Shown: in pieces, positions 30,051-39,943 of the stretch
How the letters are laid out: each line of letters starts with the position of its first letter
How positions within the stretch are numbered: the stretch's first letter is position 1
From: an uncultured candidate division Zixibacteria bacterium
GTDB lineage: Bacteria; Zixibacteria; MSB-5A5; GN15; PGXB01
DNA: 64,000 nucleotides
Assembly (NCBI GenBank): GCA_963702205.1
Contig: OY969724.1
Span: 2,368,001 to 2,432,000 of the forward strand
Reading direction: 5' to 3'
Position numbers and translations under genes: made by a program
Notes under the pieces: generated by a model
What the model was told of the DNA's origin: nothing
What the model saw: only the letters and a program-made list of their open reading frames with translations
Database searches by the model: none

Positions 30051-30242
30051 ATGGAATAAGAATATCAATGAAATTAACATTAGTTTTATTCAGGAAAGGA
30101 GAGGTGACTTATTGAGACAAAAAGTTTTTTTGTACTTATAATGGGAGCATAATTTACATCGGAAGTGACACTCCTGGTTCGATTGAAATGAAAGGATACT
30201 TAAAACCCCCCAGCGGATTAAATTCAAGGAGGAAGTAACGGA
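30051..30242 (+). promoter_or_regulatory. Flagellin 5' leader with multiple CsrA-type GGA sites
   Basis: Ten GGA motifs, including AAGGA in the SD (30226) and ACGGA overlapping the ATG (30238-30242). Confidence 0.65.
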
Positions 30243-32420
30243 TGTCACTTCGTATTAATAACAATATTGCCGCGATCAATGCGCATCGTAACCTGCTTGT
30301 TACGACAGAAAACCTCCAAAAGTCAATGGAGAAACTGTCGTCGGGTTACCGCATCAACCGCGCGTCGGACAATCCGGCGGGTCTGGTGATTTCGGAGCAG
30401 TTCCGGGCCCAGATTGCCGGTTTGAACCAGGCCATTGGGAACTCCGAAGGATCTATCAACATGATCCAGACGGCTGAAGGCGCTCTGACCGAAATCAACA
30501 GTCTGTTGGTTTCGATGAGAGAACTGGCCATTCACGCCGCCAACGAAGGTTTCAACGACACTGCCCAGCTCCAGGCTGACCAGGCAGAAATTGACAACGC
30601 CAATCTGACTATTGACCGTATTGCGGCCAACACTCAGTTTGGAACCAAGAAACTCTTAAACGGCACCAATGCCAACACGGCTGTCTTCACGGGTGCCAAC
30701 GCCGGTTCTTCGGGCGCCAACATTCGGGAAAGTTATCTTACCGACGGCACGCATTACCTGACGTCGACCAAGATCAGTGATTCCAGTGCCACGTTGAATA
30801 CGTCCAATTACGGTGTTTCAATCGATTCTACGGTCACTCCGGCCAACCTGTCCGACGGCGATCATACGCTGGATGTCATTTCAGCGTCTTCGGCCGCTAT
30901 CAAGAACAATGGTGATGCCGTCACCATAGTTGACAACTGGAGTAACGGAATTACTTTCGGTGCCGCCGTTGACGCACCTCAGGTAATCTCCACGGCTACG
31001 TTGAACGGCGCCGCTACGGCCGCCGATGCCGGCACGGTCACTTTTGCCCTTTCGTATCAGTACGCGGGGGGTACCGGTACAGACTGCGACCATTACGCAG
31101 GCTGTCACTGATGGTATGACTCAGGCTCAGTTGTTGACCGCTCTTAACAGTTCAGTCGACTCGGCCTTCGGTGCCGGCGCAGTTACCGCTACCGTTCTGG
31201 CCGGCGGCACTCTCGCTTTTGTCACCGACAATACCGGCAGTGATTACTCTGTGGCGGTCGGTGTCAGCGCTTACACCGGTAGTGCTGCCGCCTGGTTTGC
31301 CTTCGCAGCTCAGGATGATCGCGGTGTTGCCAGTCAGAATCTGGCCCTTGCCGTTGTCGTCAATGACAACTACGATACCGCCGCGCAGCAGCAGGCGACG
31401 TTGGTCCTCACGGGCACTCACGCCACCATGGCGTCGCTAATTACCGAAATCAACGACAAGCTGAACGACGCGCTGGGAACCGGCTTCGGTATGGCCGATG
31501 GCTCAACCCAGAATGTCACCGCTTCCGAAGGAACCGACGGTTCCATCGTCTTCACGACGGCCGATCAGGGTTCCGCCTACAGCGTTCGTGCTCTGGCAAA
31601 TAATTCCGCCATTGGAGTTGGCCAGGATTCGGTCGCATGGACAGGCAGCGATGCGGTTATCAGCTTCGACGATTACGCCACCCAGCTTAATCGCGTTGAC
31701 TGGGGTGTGGATCGCGACTGGACCATCGGCAATAAGGCTGCCGGTGCAACTGGGCGCGGAACCATGGGTATTACGGTTGACGGTTTGACCTCGACCGGTG
31801 GCGGTGTCTCGATAGGCAATATGATAGCTGACGTTCAAGCCGCCCGTTACGCCGTCTATCTGGACGGCAGCGCGGCCCAGACGGTCGTCGCCGGCGTCGA
31901 AACCACTGTCAGCGATACGTCCGGCAACGAACGTGTTAAGATACTGCTCGACCTCGACGCCGACGGTGGTTCTGAGACGATCACTAATAATGACAACTCG
32001 CTGGTCTTCCAGATCGGTGCCAACGTTGGTCAGACGGCCCAGATCAGTCTGCCCAATATGTCGGCATCGACTCTCGGTCGTTATCTGTCGGACAACATGT
32101 TCACGTCGCTGTCCAATATCGACGTTACCACGTCGCAGGGTGCCCAGGATTCGCAGGCGGTCATCGATGAAGCCATCGACCAGGTTTCCGTGGTTCGTGG
32201 AACTCTCGGTAGTTTCCAGAAGAACACTTTGGAATCTAACCTGAGAAACCTGCGTATCGCCTCTCAAAACCTGCAGGCTTCCGAGTCCAACATTCGTGAT
32301 ACTGATATGGCTGAGGAAATGTCAAACTTCGTGAAGAATCAGATATTGCTCCAGGCCGGCACGGCTATGCTGGCCCACGGCAACCAGATTCCTCAGGTTG
32401 TTCTGTCGCTTTTCCAATAG
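30242..32420 (+). pseudogene. fliC: Flagellin with a 1-nt frameshift near G6 (31066-31071); real variant or sequencing error
   Basis: The N-terminal flagellin domain is in ORF 30242-31111 and the C-terminal domain ('FQIGAN', 'IRDTDMAEEM') in ORF 31026-32420; deleting one G gives a single 725-aa frame. Confidence 0.9.
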
Positions 32421-32439
32421 TCTGTCATAGATTCGAGAT

Positions 32440-32471
32440 AAACCGGCGGATATTCTTCCGCCGGTTTTTTT
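32440..32471 (+). terminator. Intrinsic terminator after flagellin
   Basis: AAACCGGCGGA/TCCGCCGGTTT stem followed by a T-run. Confidence 0.9.
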
Positions 32472-32528
32472 ATCGGCTTCGTTTCGGTCTGAAACGCCGG
32501 GTATTGTAAAATATCTATTCTCACTGAC

Positions 32529-32555
32529 TGAAATCCTCGATGAAAATGACGATAA
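32529..32555 (+). promoter_or_regulatory. Possible sigma28 promoter of the fliD operon
   Basis: TGAA-N15-GACGATAA. Confidence 0.45.
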
Positions 32556-32667
32556 ATAAAGAAGATAAGGGCCCTCGGGCCGCTGATTAAAAATAACGCA
32601 ATTTCGGCCGGTCGTTCCTGATAGAAGCGGGCGATACAGGTTGCGATGATTTTGCATAGGAGTAAAT

Positions 32668-35019
32668 ATGCCGGGTACTCAGTCCATTGAGGGTCTTGCT
32701 TCCGGTCTTGATATAACCTCGATCGTAAATTCCATCATTGACGCAGAACGTCAACCGGTTACGTATCTGGAAGACGATAAGACTCTCAAAACACAGCAAA
32801 TCGCGGCTTACAAAGCGATAGCGGCCAAATACCTGGCCGTGCAGACGGCGGTAGATAGGCTTAAGCGCGCCGATTCATTTCAGCAGGCGAAAATAGATAT
32901 TTCCGATGATACCGTCATAACCGCCGCCGCCGATGGGGCCGTCGGCCCCGGTGCATATGCATTGCGTGTTCTGCAGGTTGCACGCAACCATCAAATTGCG
33001 TCGCAGGGCTTCGACGAGCCGACCGAGAATGTTTTCGGCACGGGTACTATAAAGATATCCACCGGCGATGCCGGACTCGCGACCATAAATATAGACGGCA
33101 CGAACAATTCACTGGTCGATATAAAAGACGCCATAAATAACGCCGACGTCGGCGTTACGGCTACTATTATAAATGACGGCACATCTTCCAATCCATACCG
33201 ACTGCTTATAACGTCCGACAAGACCGGGCTGGCCAACTCGATCAACCTGGATGTTTCACTTTCGGGCGGCCAAACTCTCGATTTCACGGGAAAATCATTC
33301 GACAATCCGGAAGAACTGTCGTTTGCTTCGGGAACGACGTCATCGGTCGCGCTGGGCGGAACCGCGTCGTACTCCGGCAGCCAGAATAAAGTATATACAT
33401 TTACGGTCGCCGGGACCGGCGAGCAGACGGTCGGGTCCGATGTCATCCAGATCGACTGGACCGACGGCACCAACTCCGGTTCGATACTTGTCACCCAGGC
33501 CGACTCGGAAGTCGAACTTATCGGTGGCGGTGCCGACGGGCTTAAACTGTCCTTCGCGTCGGGAGAACTCACGGCCGGTGATTCGTTTCAGGTCTCGACG
33601 TTCGCGCCGCTTCTGCAATCAGCCACCGATGCAAAAATCGCTATCGGCTCCGACGATCCCACGTCCGGATCGGCGATAATTATCAGTTCAGACACGAATA
33701 CATTTACGGACGTCCTTCCCGGCTTGACCTTGACCGCCAAAAAAGTAAGCGCTGCCGGAGAAAACGTTCTGATAAAGACCGACCGCGACGTTGACGGCAT
33801 AAAAACAATGGTCAACGATTTCATCGATAAGTACAACAGCCTGATGCAATTCGTCGACGATCAATTTACGTACAATGAGGATACCAAAGATACCGGCGTT
33901 TTATTTACGGAATTCACGCTGCAGGCGATGCAGTCGACGACGCGCTCTTCGACCACGTCGGTAATTCCCGGTCTGGATACCGCGTACAAAAGCCTGGGGT
34001 CGATTGGAATCCGTTCCAACGGCGACGGGCAGTTGAGAGTCGCCGATGCCGATAAATTGACCAGCGCCATTGAAGACGATTTTAGTCAGTTTCTGAATTT
34101 ATTCGTCGATTCCGGAGATTCCAGCCGGACGGGAATTTCATTCGTCTCCGCGACCAAAGATACCGTCCCGGGCGATAATTACAATGTGAACATTTCACGC
34201 GTGGCCGACAAGGGATATTTTAAAGGTGTCGAAATGGCCAACCCGTCGGTAACGCCTTTAACTCTTACGGCGAACAATAATATATTGAAACTTTTGGTCG
34301 ATGGCGTTCAGTCCAACGAAATCGCTTTAACCGAGAAAACTTATTCGTCCGGGACGGAACTGGCCGAAGAAATCCAGAAACGGATCGACGCCGACGATAA
34401 AGTCGGGTCCCGCAACGTCACGGTGGAATGGGTCGACAACGGTGACACCGGCCATTTGAAATTCAGCAGCGGTAATTATGGATCGGCTTCGAAAATAAGT
34501 CTGTCCACCAGTGCCACGAATACTGCTTTCCAGGTATTGGGACTGACAACCGGCACGGCCTACAGCGGTCACGACGTCGGGGGTACCATCAACGGGGAAA
34601 AAGCCACCGGGGCCGGTCAGTATCTTATCGGTGACAGCGGTAATACCAAGACCGACGGTCTTAAAATCAAAGTAACTTTGGCCGCTTCCGATTTGGGTGG
34701 CGGATACGAAGGCACGGTTTCTTACGTTCGGGGTTTGTCATCGAACATGAGTAAGACGCTTACTAATATTACTGACAGCATCGACGGTTCCATCGCCCGC
34801 CGGACCGACGCTTTGCAAAAGCAGATCGACGACATCGACGAGCAAATCGCCTATTATGACGACCGGCTCGCAGCCCGCCGGGATATGTTGTATACGAAAT
34901 TCCAGGCAATGGAAGATGCTCTGGCGCAGTTTCAGTCGCAGTCGTCATATCTAAGTTCACAGCTGTCGCAGGTAAGCAGTAACTTTAATACGACCTCCTC
35001 GTCATCGTCGAGTAATTGA
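32668..35019 (+). CDS. fliD: Filament cap FliD (long form)
   Basis: 'GLASGLDITSIV..IIDAERQP', 'FIDKYN', 'KFQAMEDAL'. Confidence 0.93.
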   Translation: MPGTQSIEGLASGLDITSIVNSIIDAERQPVTYLEDDKTLKTQQIAAYKAIAAKYLAVQTAVDRLKRADSFQQAKIDISDDTVITAAADGAVGPGAYALRVLQVARNHQIASQGFDEPTENVFGTGTIKISTGDAGLATINIDGTNNSLVDIKDAINNADVGVTATIINDGTSSNPYRLLITSDKTGLANSINLDVSLSGGQTLDFTGKSFDNPEELSFASGTTSSVALGGTASYSGSQNKVYTFTVAGTGEQTVGSDVIQIDWTDGTNSGSILVTQADSEVELIGGGADGLKLSFASGELTAGDSFQVSTFAPLLQSATDAKIAIGSDDPTSGSAIIISSDTNTFTDVLPGLTLTAKKVSAAGENVLIKTDRDVDGIKTMVNDFIDKYNSLMQFVDDQFTYNEDTKDTGVLFTEFTLQAMQSTTRSSTTSVIPGLDTAYKSLGSIGIRSNGDGQLRVADADKLTSAIEDDFSQFLNLFVDSGDSSRTGISFVSATKDTVPGDNYNVNISRVADKGYFKGVEMANPSVTPLTLTANNNILKLLVDGVQSNEIALTEKTYSSGTELAEEIQKRIDADDKVGSRNVTVEWVDNGDTGHLKFSSGNYGSASKISLSTSATNTAFQVLGLTTGTAYSGHDVGGTINGEKATGAGQYLIGDSGNTKTDGLKIKVTLAASDLGGGYEGTVSYVRGLSSNMSKTLTNITDSIDGSIARRTDALQKQIDDIDEQIAYYDDRLAARRDMLYTKFQAMEDALAQFQSQSSYLSSQLSQVSSNFNTTSSSSSSN

Positions 35020-35020
35020 T

Positions 35021-35458
35021 ATGAAGACAAAAATAAACGAATACGTTAAGACCGGCACCGAAGGCAATTCCCAGGTCGAGCTGATCGTAAAAGTCTATAA
35101 CGGCGCGATAAATAATTTATCTCAAGCCCGACAATTGATAAATACCGGAGACATAGTGAAAAGCTATCAGGCTCTGGAAGACAGCAAAAATTTTCTGGTT
35201 CATCTTTATACCACTCTGGACATGGAAAACGGCGGCGAGATCGCGAAAAACCTGTCGAGTTTGTACGGATTTCTCATTAATGAAATTAATATCGTGCAGG
35301 CCAGCCGGGATGTAAAACAGCTCGATGAGATTATAGCTATCATAGCCAACGTTAAGGATGGCTGGGTGGAACTGTCTCAGCGTGGAAAGATGCAAAAGAA
35401 AGAGAATAAAGAGGTCGTAACGGCCGACGTCAATAAAAGTTTGTCCATTTCTGCATGA
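35021..35458 (+). CDS. fliS: Flagellin chaperone FliS
   Basis: 'LIVKVYNGAI', 'TLDMENGGEIAKNLSSLY', 'GWVEL'. Confidence 0.93.
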   Translation: MKTKINEYVKTGTEGNSQVELIVKVYNGAINNLSQARQLINTGDIVKSYQALEDSKNFLVHLYTTLDMENGGEIAKNLSSLYGFLINEINIVQASRDVKQLDEIIAIIANVKDGWVELSQRGKMQKKENKEVVTADVNKSLSISA

Positions 35459-35470
35459 AAGGCCAACAGC

Positions 35471-35923
35471 ATGGAAACCAACCAAATAACGAAAATGGAA
35501 CGTGAACTGGCATTTATATTGAAAGAGGAATATTCTTTTTATCAATCGCTCTATATCCTAATTGATAAACAAAAGGATATGGTGAAGTACGAAAAGGACG
35601 ACAAATTACTCGACCTCTATACGGAAGTACAAAGATGCCAGCAGAGGATCATTAAATCCGAAGAAAAATTAAGCGCGCTCAAAGAAAAGAATCCGAAGTT
35701 TTTCCAACTGGCTTCTTCCGCTCCTGAAATTCGCAAACTGGTCAACAGCATAATCACATTGATTAAGAAGAATATTACGCTGGTCAAGGAAAACGAACAG
35801 TACTTAAAAAGCCGCCACGGACGCATCCTGACCGAACTGGAACAGCTTAAGAATTCGAGCAAGATCATGCAGTACGTGCACGAAGGAGACCCGTCGCCGC
35901 AGTTCGTCGACGGCAAAAATTAA
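35471..35923 (+). CDS. FlgN/FliT-like helical export chaperone
   Basis: All-helical, resembles the flgN product, ends in 'FVDGKN'; occupies the fliT position after fliS. Confidence 0.6.
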   Translation: METNQITKMERELAFILKEEYSFYQSLYILIDKQKDMVKYEKDDKLLDLYTEVQRCQQRIIKSEEKLSALKEKNPKFFQLASSAPEIRKLVNSIITLIKKNITLVKENEQYLKSRHGRILTELEQLKNSSKIMQYVHEGDPSPQFVDGKN

Positions 35924-35970
35924 TTAATACACCGCTTTGACGGCAAACCAAATTGGATTTGGAGGGCAGA

Positions 35971-36198
35971 ATGGGAATCGAACGAGCCCCTCGGGAAAAT
36001 GGGAAAGAGACCGCCAGAATTGAGGCGATCAGAAAACGAATCGAAAACGGATTTTATGAAACCTCGATTTTTAAAGAGCAATTGGCCGATATCTTAATGG
36101 AAAGAGAAGAAATATTCGGGGAGACTGAAATCGGCGTCGACGATGAAAATATCCGCAAGGAATTGGCGCTGGAATTATTCGATGATTTCGAGGAATAA
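35971..36198 (+). CDS. FlgM-like anti-sigma28 domain protein
   Basis: 'RIEAIRKRIENGFYE....EQLADILM' resembles the FlgM C-terminal helices; GGAGGG RBS. Confidence 0.55.
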   Translation: MGIERAPRENGKETARIEAIRKRIENGFYETSIFKEQLADILMEREEIFGETEIGVDDENIRKELALELFDDFEE

Positions 36199-37142
36199 TG
36201 AAATCCCGGATAAAACCGGGAGAATATAATATAAAGGCTAGAGTTATGGCATTAACGGCATTTGACCCCAATATCGAAAAAAGGATAGACCAGATTATCG
36301 GCGGAATACGCAATCTTCCGACACCACCAATTGTATTCGAGCAGATCCAAAAAGTTATCAACGACCCCGAAGCGTCATCGGCCAAGATAGCGAAGATTCT
36401 TGGCGAGGATGCGGCTATGTCGGTTAAAGTATTGAAACTGACCAACTCCGCTTTTTACGGTTTGTCGCGCGAGGTCGAATCGGTCAAGCACGCGGTGACG
36501 ATCATTGGGCTTGAAGCGGTGAGAAATCTGGTTTTATCGGCCTCGGTCCTTAATATGTTCAAATCCGATAGCGCCAACCGTGAGTTTCACGAAGAATTCT
36601 GGCGTCACAGCCTGGCGACCGCCGTCGCGGCCAGACTTATAGCACAAAAATACAAAAATGGCACCGTGTTTAACCCTGACCCGGCTTTCACATCGGGTCT
36701 GGTCCACGATATCGGGCGTATCGTTATCTGCTGTTTCCTGCCAGCGGATCATGCCAAAATCATGGATGAGCTGCGGTGCATGCCGGAGCTTCTGGTGCAC
36801 GAAGCGGAAGAAAAAGTTCTCGGCTTTAATCACGCCCACCTCGGAAGTCATTTGATAACCAGCTGGAAACTGCCGGACCGTATGGCCGATGCCATCGCGT
36901 TTCATCATATCCCCAACGAAGAGAACGAAAGCCATAATTATGCACATCTGGTTTGTCTGGCCAACCATCTGGCTCACATATGTTTCCCGCCCGATGCGAC
37001 CGAAGCCTCACATTTCATGCTGCCGACCGGCGTCATGGAATTCTTTGACCTGGATGAAATCGGTCTTGAAGCGTTGAAAGGCGAGCTTTTGGAAGAATAC
37101 ATGAAAGCCGAGACGTTTATGAAAATGGCGGGCATCGGATAG
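36198..37142 (+). CDS. HDOD domain protein
   Basis: 'LPTPP', 'LKLTNSAFY', 'FWRHS', 'GLVHDIG', 'HAHLG..L...WKLP'; start could be 36246. Confidence 0.9.
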   Translation: MKSRIKPGEYNIKARVMALTAFDPNIEKRIDQIIGGIRNLPTPPIVFEQIQKVINDPEASSAKIAKILGEDAAMSVKVLKLTNSAFYGLSREVESVKHAVTIIGLEAVRNLVLSASVLNMFKSDSANREFHEEFWRHSLATAVAARLIAQKYKNGTVFNPDPAFTSGLVHDIGRIVICCFLPADHAKIMDELRCMPELLVHEAEEKVLGFNHAHLGSHLITSWKLPDRMADAIAFHHIPNEENESHNYAHLVCLANHLAHICFPPDATEASHFMLPTGVMEFFDLDEIGLEALKGELLEEYMKAETFMKMAGIG

Positions 37143-37164
37143 GCCGAAACCAAAGCATCTTCTG

Positions 37165-37206
37165 AGCCGGGCAAATATAACTGGATTTGCCCGGCTTTAT
37201 TTTTTA
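37165..37206 (+). terminator. Intrinsic terminator ending the flagellar cluster
   Basis: AGCCGGGCAAAT/ATTTGCCCGGCT stem followed by a T-rich tail. Confidence 0.85.
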
Positions 37207-37241
37207 TAATCTGCCAGTGTTATATTAACTTCGGAGGCCCA

Positions 37242-38132
37242 CTGGCTAAGAAAACGTTTTATATCATAGATGTTTTCGCGGAAGCGAAATATTCCGGTAA
37301 TCAGTTGGCGGTATTCCGTAATGCCGAGGGTTATACCGACCGGGTTATGCAGAAAATAGCCCGGGAAATGAACTTCTCCGAAACGACTTTTATATATGAT
37401 AAACGGAATAAAGACGGCTCATTTCGCGTCCGTATTTTTACCCCGGCACGCGAAGTGCCTTTTGCCGGGCATCCGACCATCGGTACCGCTTTTGTAATAG
37501 TAAAGGAAATCCTGAGGTCAAAGACGGCGCGGGTCGACTTGAAACTCAAGGTCGGCAAGATACCGGTGGACGTGCAGTACGATGGACGTAAGGTTGATAT
37601 TTTAACCATGCGACAGGTCCAGCCGGGTTTCGGGCGAATTGTCAAGTCGGCCGAAGTTGCGCGGATTCTAAATTTGGCGGAGAAAGATATCAGCCGGCGG
37701 TTCCCATGCGTTGAGGTCTCGACCGGTATGCCCCATCTTATCATTCCACTTAACGGCCTCGATGCCCTGAAAAAATGCCGGGTGAGTAAAGAATTGTACG
37801 AACGTCTCATCAAAAGGATCGACGCCAAATCGCTTTTCGTTTTTAGTACGGAACCGTATTCGAAAGGTAATGATATAAGTGCCCGCTGTTTCCCGATATT
37901 TTACGGCATCGAAGAAGACCCCGCCACCGGCTCGGCCAACGGTTGTCTGGCGGCCTATCTTTCCAAATATGAGGTTTTCGGTTCCGCTGACGTCGATGCC
38001 CAAGTCGAACAGGGTTTCGAGATAAACCGCCCGTCGAAGCTGTATATTAAGGCTTCTCCCGCTGATAAAGGCCGGATCGACGTTACCGTCGGCGGCAAAT
38101 CCGAATTGATCGCCAGAGGTGAATTTCTGTAA
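37242..38132 (+). CDS. PhzF family isomerase (probable CTG start)
   Basis: 'DVFA...GNQLAV', 'MNFSETTF', 'EVPFAGHPT', 'EDPATGSA', 'EQG'. Confidence 0.88.
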   Translation: MAKKTFYIIDVFAEAKYSGNQLAVFRNAEGYTDRVMQKIAREMNFSETTFIYDKRNKDGSFRVRIFTPAREVPFAGHPTIGTAFVIVKEILRSKTARVDLKLKVGKIPVDVQYDGRKVDILTMRQVQPGFGRIVKSAEVARILNLAEKDISRRFPCVEVSTGMPHLIIPLNGLDALKKCRVSKELYERLIKRIDAKSLFVFSTEPYSKGNDISARCFPIFYGIEEDPATGSANGCLAAYLSKYEVFGSADVDAQVEQGFEINRPSKLYIKASPADKGRIDVTVGGKSELIARGEFL

Positions 38133-38179
38133 TTTATGATACAGGCGACTGATGGCCTGATATCGCAGAGCACGATTGT

Positions 38180-39220
38180 ATGGACATATCTCTTTTTGAT
38201 TATAAGCTGCCCGATGGGCGTATCGCGTACTATCCGGCTCCTCGCCGCGATGGTTCCAAACTCCTCGTGGTTGACCGGGAGTCTGGAAATTTCAAGCACC
38301 GCAAATTTCCGGCAGTACTGGATTATATGGAGCCCGGCGACGGGTTGGTCGTCAATAATACGATGGTTTTCAAGTCGCGCCTGATCGCCCGGCGCGAAAC
38401 CGGGGGCAAGGTCGAAATCTTCCTCCTCGGAGAAACCAAATTCGGAAACAAGGTCTGCTGGGAGGTCCTGACGCATCCTACCCGGCGGATCAAAGAGGGC
38501 GAGAAGATCCTCTTCGACGATGGTGCCGCTTTTGAAATTATCGCTAAACTCCCCACCGGGCGAACCATGATAAAATTCAAGAGCCGCAAAGATGCCGATA
38601 AGATCATCAAAAAACACGGCCATATCCCGCTGCCGGTATATATCCATCGACCCGACGAAAAACGAGATGAAAACCGCTATCAGACGGTGTATGCGCAGGA
38701 CCAAAAGGCCAAAGCCGTCGCGGCCCCTACCGCCGGGCTGCATTTCACTCACTCGATGATCAAGAGAATCGAAGAAAAGGGAATAAAGATCATTCCGGTC
38801 ACGCTGCATGTCGGCTATGGCACTTTCAAGACCGTAAAGGCCAAAAGTATCGAAGATCATTCGGTCGATGGAGAGTATGCCGAGATATCCAGGACATCGG
38901 CCAACGCTATCAATAAGATCAAACGGACCGGGGGAAAGATTTTCGCGGTGGGGACGACGTCGGTACGTACGTTGGAATCGGCCCCGCACGTTAAAGGGGC
39001 CATTCAGCCGTTTTCAGGCATCGTTGATTTGTATATATATCCGCCATATAAATTCAAGACCGTCGACCACATGATCACGAATTTTCATCTGCCCAAATCG
39101 TCGCTGCTTTTTCTTGTCTCGGCTTTCGCCACCCGCGAATTGATCCTCAAAGCCTACTATGAGGCGATCCGGGAAAACTACCGCTTTTACAGCTATGGCG
39201 ACTGCATGCTGATTTTGTAA
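38180..39220 (+). CDS. queA: S-adenosylmethionine:tRNA ribosyltransferase-isomerase
   Basis: 'PLPVYI', 'YQTVYA', 'AAPTAGLHF', 'TNFHLP', 'FYSYGD'. Confidence 0.97.
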   Translation: MDISLFDYKLPDGRIAYYPAPRRDGSKLLVVDRESGNFKHRKFPAVLDYMEPGDGLVVNNTMVFKSRLIARRETGGKVEIFLLGETKFGNKVCWEVLTHPTRRIKEGEKILFDDGAAFEIIAKLPTGRTMIKFKSRKDADKIIKKHGHIPLPVYIHRPDEKRDENRYQTVYAQDQKAKAVAAPTAGLHFTHSMIKRIEEKGIKIIPVTLHVGYGTFKTVKAKSIEDHSVDGEYAEISRTSANAINKIKRTGGKIFAVGTTSVRTLESAPHVKGAIQPFSGIVDLYIYPPYKFKTVDHMITNFHLPKSSLLFLVSAFATRELILKAYYEAIRENYRFYSYGDCMLIL

Positions 39221-39244
39221 AATGTCTTTCGACCAGTCCTTTTA

Positions 39245-39943
39245 ATGAATATATTGAGCCGCATGGAAAACGTGGCGCTGATAGTCGCGGCGGGGCGCGG
39301 CATCCGGTTCGGGGGAGAAACGCCCAAGCAGTTTCGGCCGATCGGCGGCCGCCCGCTTTTGTCGTGGGCCATACAGGCTTTCGAATCCGCACCGATAATA
39401 ACCGATATCGTTCTGGTCGTTTCACAGGACTTTTTACTTTTTGCCAATGAACAGGTGGTCAATCCTTTTGGTTATAAAAAGGTCCGCAAGATCGTGGTCG
39501 GCGGCGAAACCAGAAACGAATCGGTTCGAAACGGCCTCAAATCGCTGCCCATTTCGACCCGCTTAGTAGCGATTCACGATGGCGCGAGGCCGGTTATATC
39601 GTCCGAAGATATCGAGCGCGTGGTAAAAGAGGCAATAACCAACCGTGCCGCCATATTGGCTCGCTCCGCCACCGATACGGTCAAACGGGTGGAAAGAGCG
39701 TTTATACTGGCGACATTGGATCGTACGAAGATATACCTGGCCGAAACGCCGCAGGTCTTTCAGTACGATCTAATCATGTCGGCCTTTGAAAAGACGAACG
39801 GAGGAGACGACGCCACCGACGACGCTTCACTCGTGGAGAAGCTCGGCTTCAAAGTTAAAATAGTCGAACCGAAACACATGAATATAAAAGTCACGGGCGA
39901 GACGGACCTGATTCTGGCGAGGAAACTGCTCGATGAACGATGA
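39245..39943 (+). CDS. ispD: 2-C-methyl-D-erythritol 4-phosphate cytidylyltransferase
   Basis: 'AAGRGIRFG..PKQF', 'IHDGARP', 'TPQVF', 'TDDAS', 'NIKVT'. Confidence 0.95.
   Translation: MNILSRMENVALIVAAGRGIRFGGETPKQFRPIGGRPLLSWAIQAFESAPIITDIVLVVSQDFLLFANEQVVNPFGYKKVRKIVVGGETRNESVRNGLKSLPISTRLVAIHDGARPVISSEDIERVVKEAITNRAAILARSATDTVKRVERAFILATLDRTKIYLAETPQVFQYDLIMSAFEKTNGGDDATDDASLVEKLGFKVKIVEPKHMNIKVTGETDLILARKLLDER

Noticed and set aside
30242..32420. Two separate flagellins, or an enzymatic flagellin (flagellinolysin)
   Set aside because: Each ORF holds only one conserved terminal domain, and the variable region has no HExxH motif.
32635..32657. Sigma54 promoter before fliD
   Set aside because: The GG-to-GC spacing is 13 nt, not the required 10.
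37955..38989. 344-aa antisense ORF, and similar long antisense ORFs over motA, flgF, flgL, fliC and fusA
   Set aside because: They are shadows of well-supported genes on the other strand and have no recognisable motifs.
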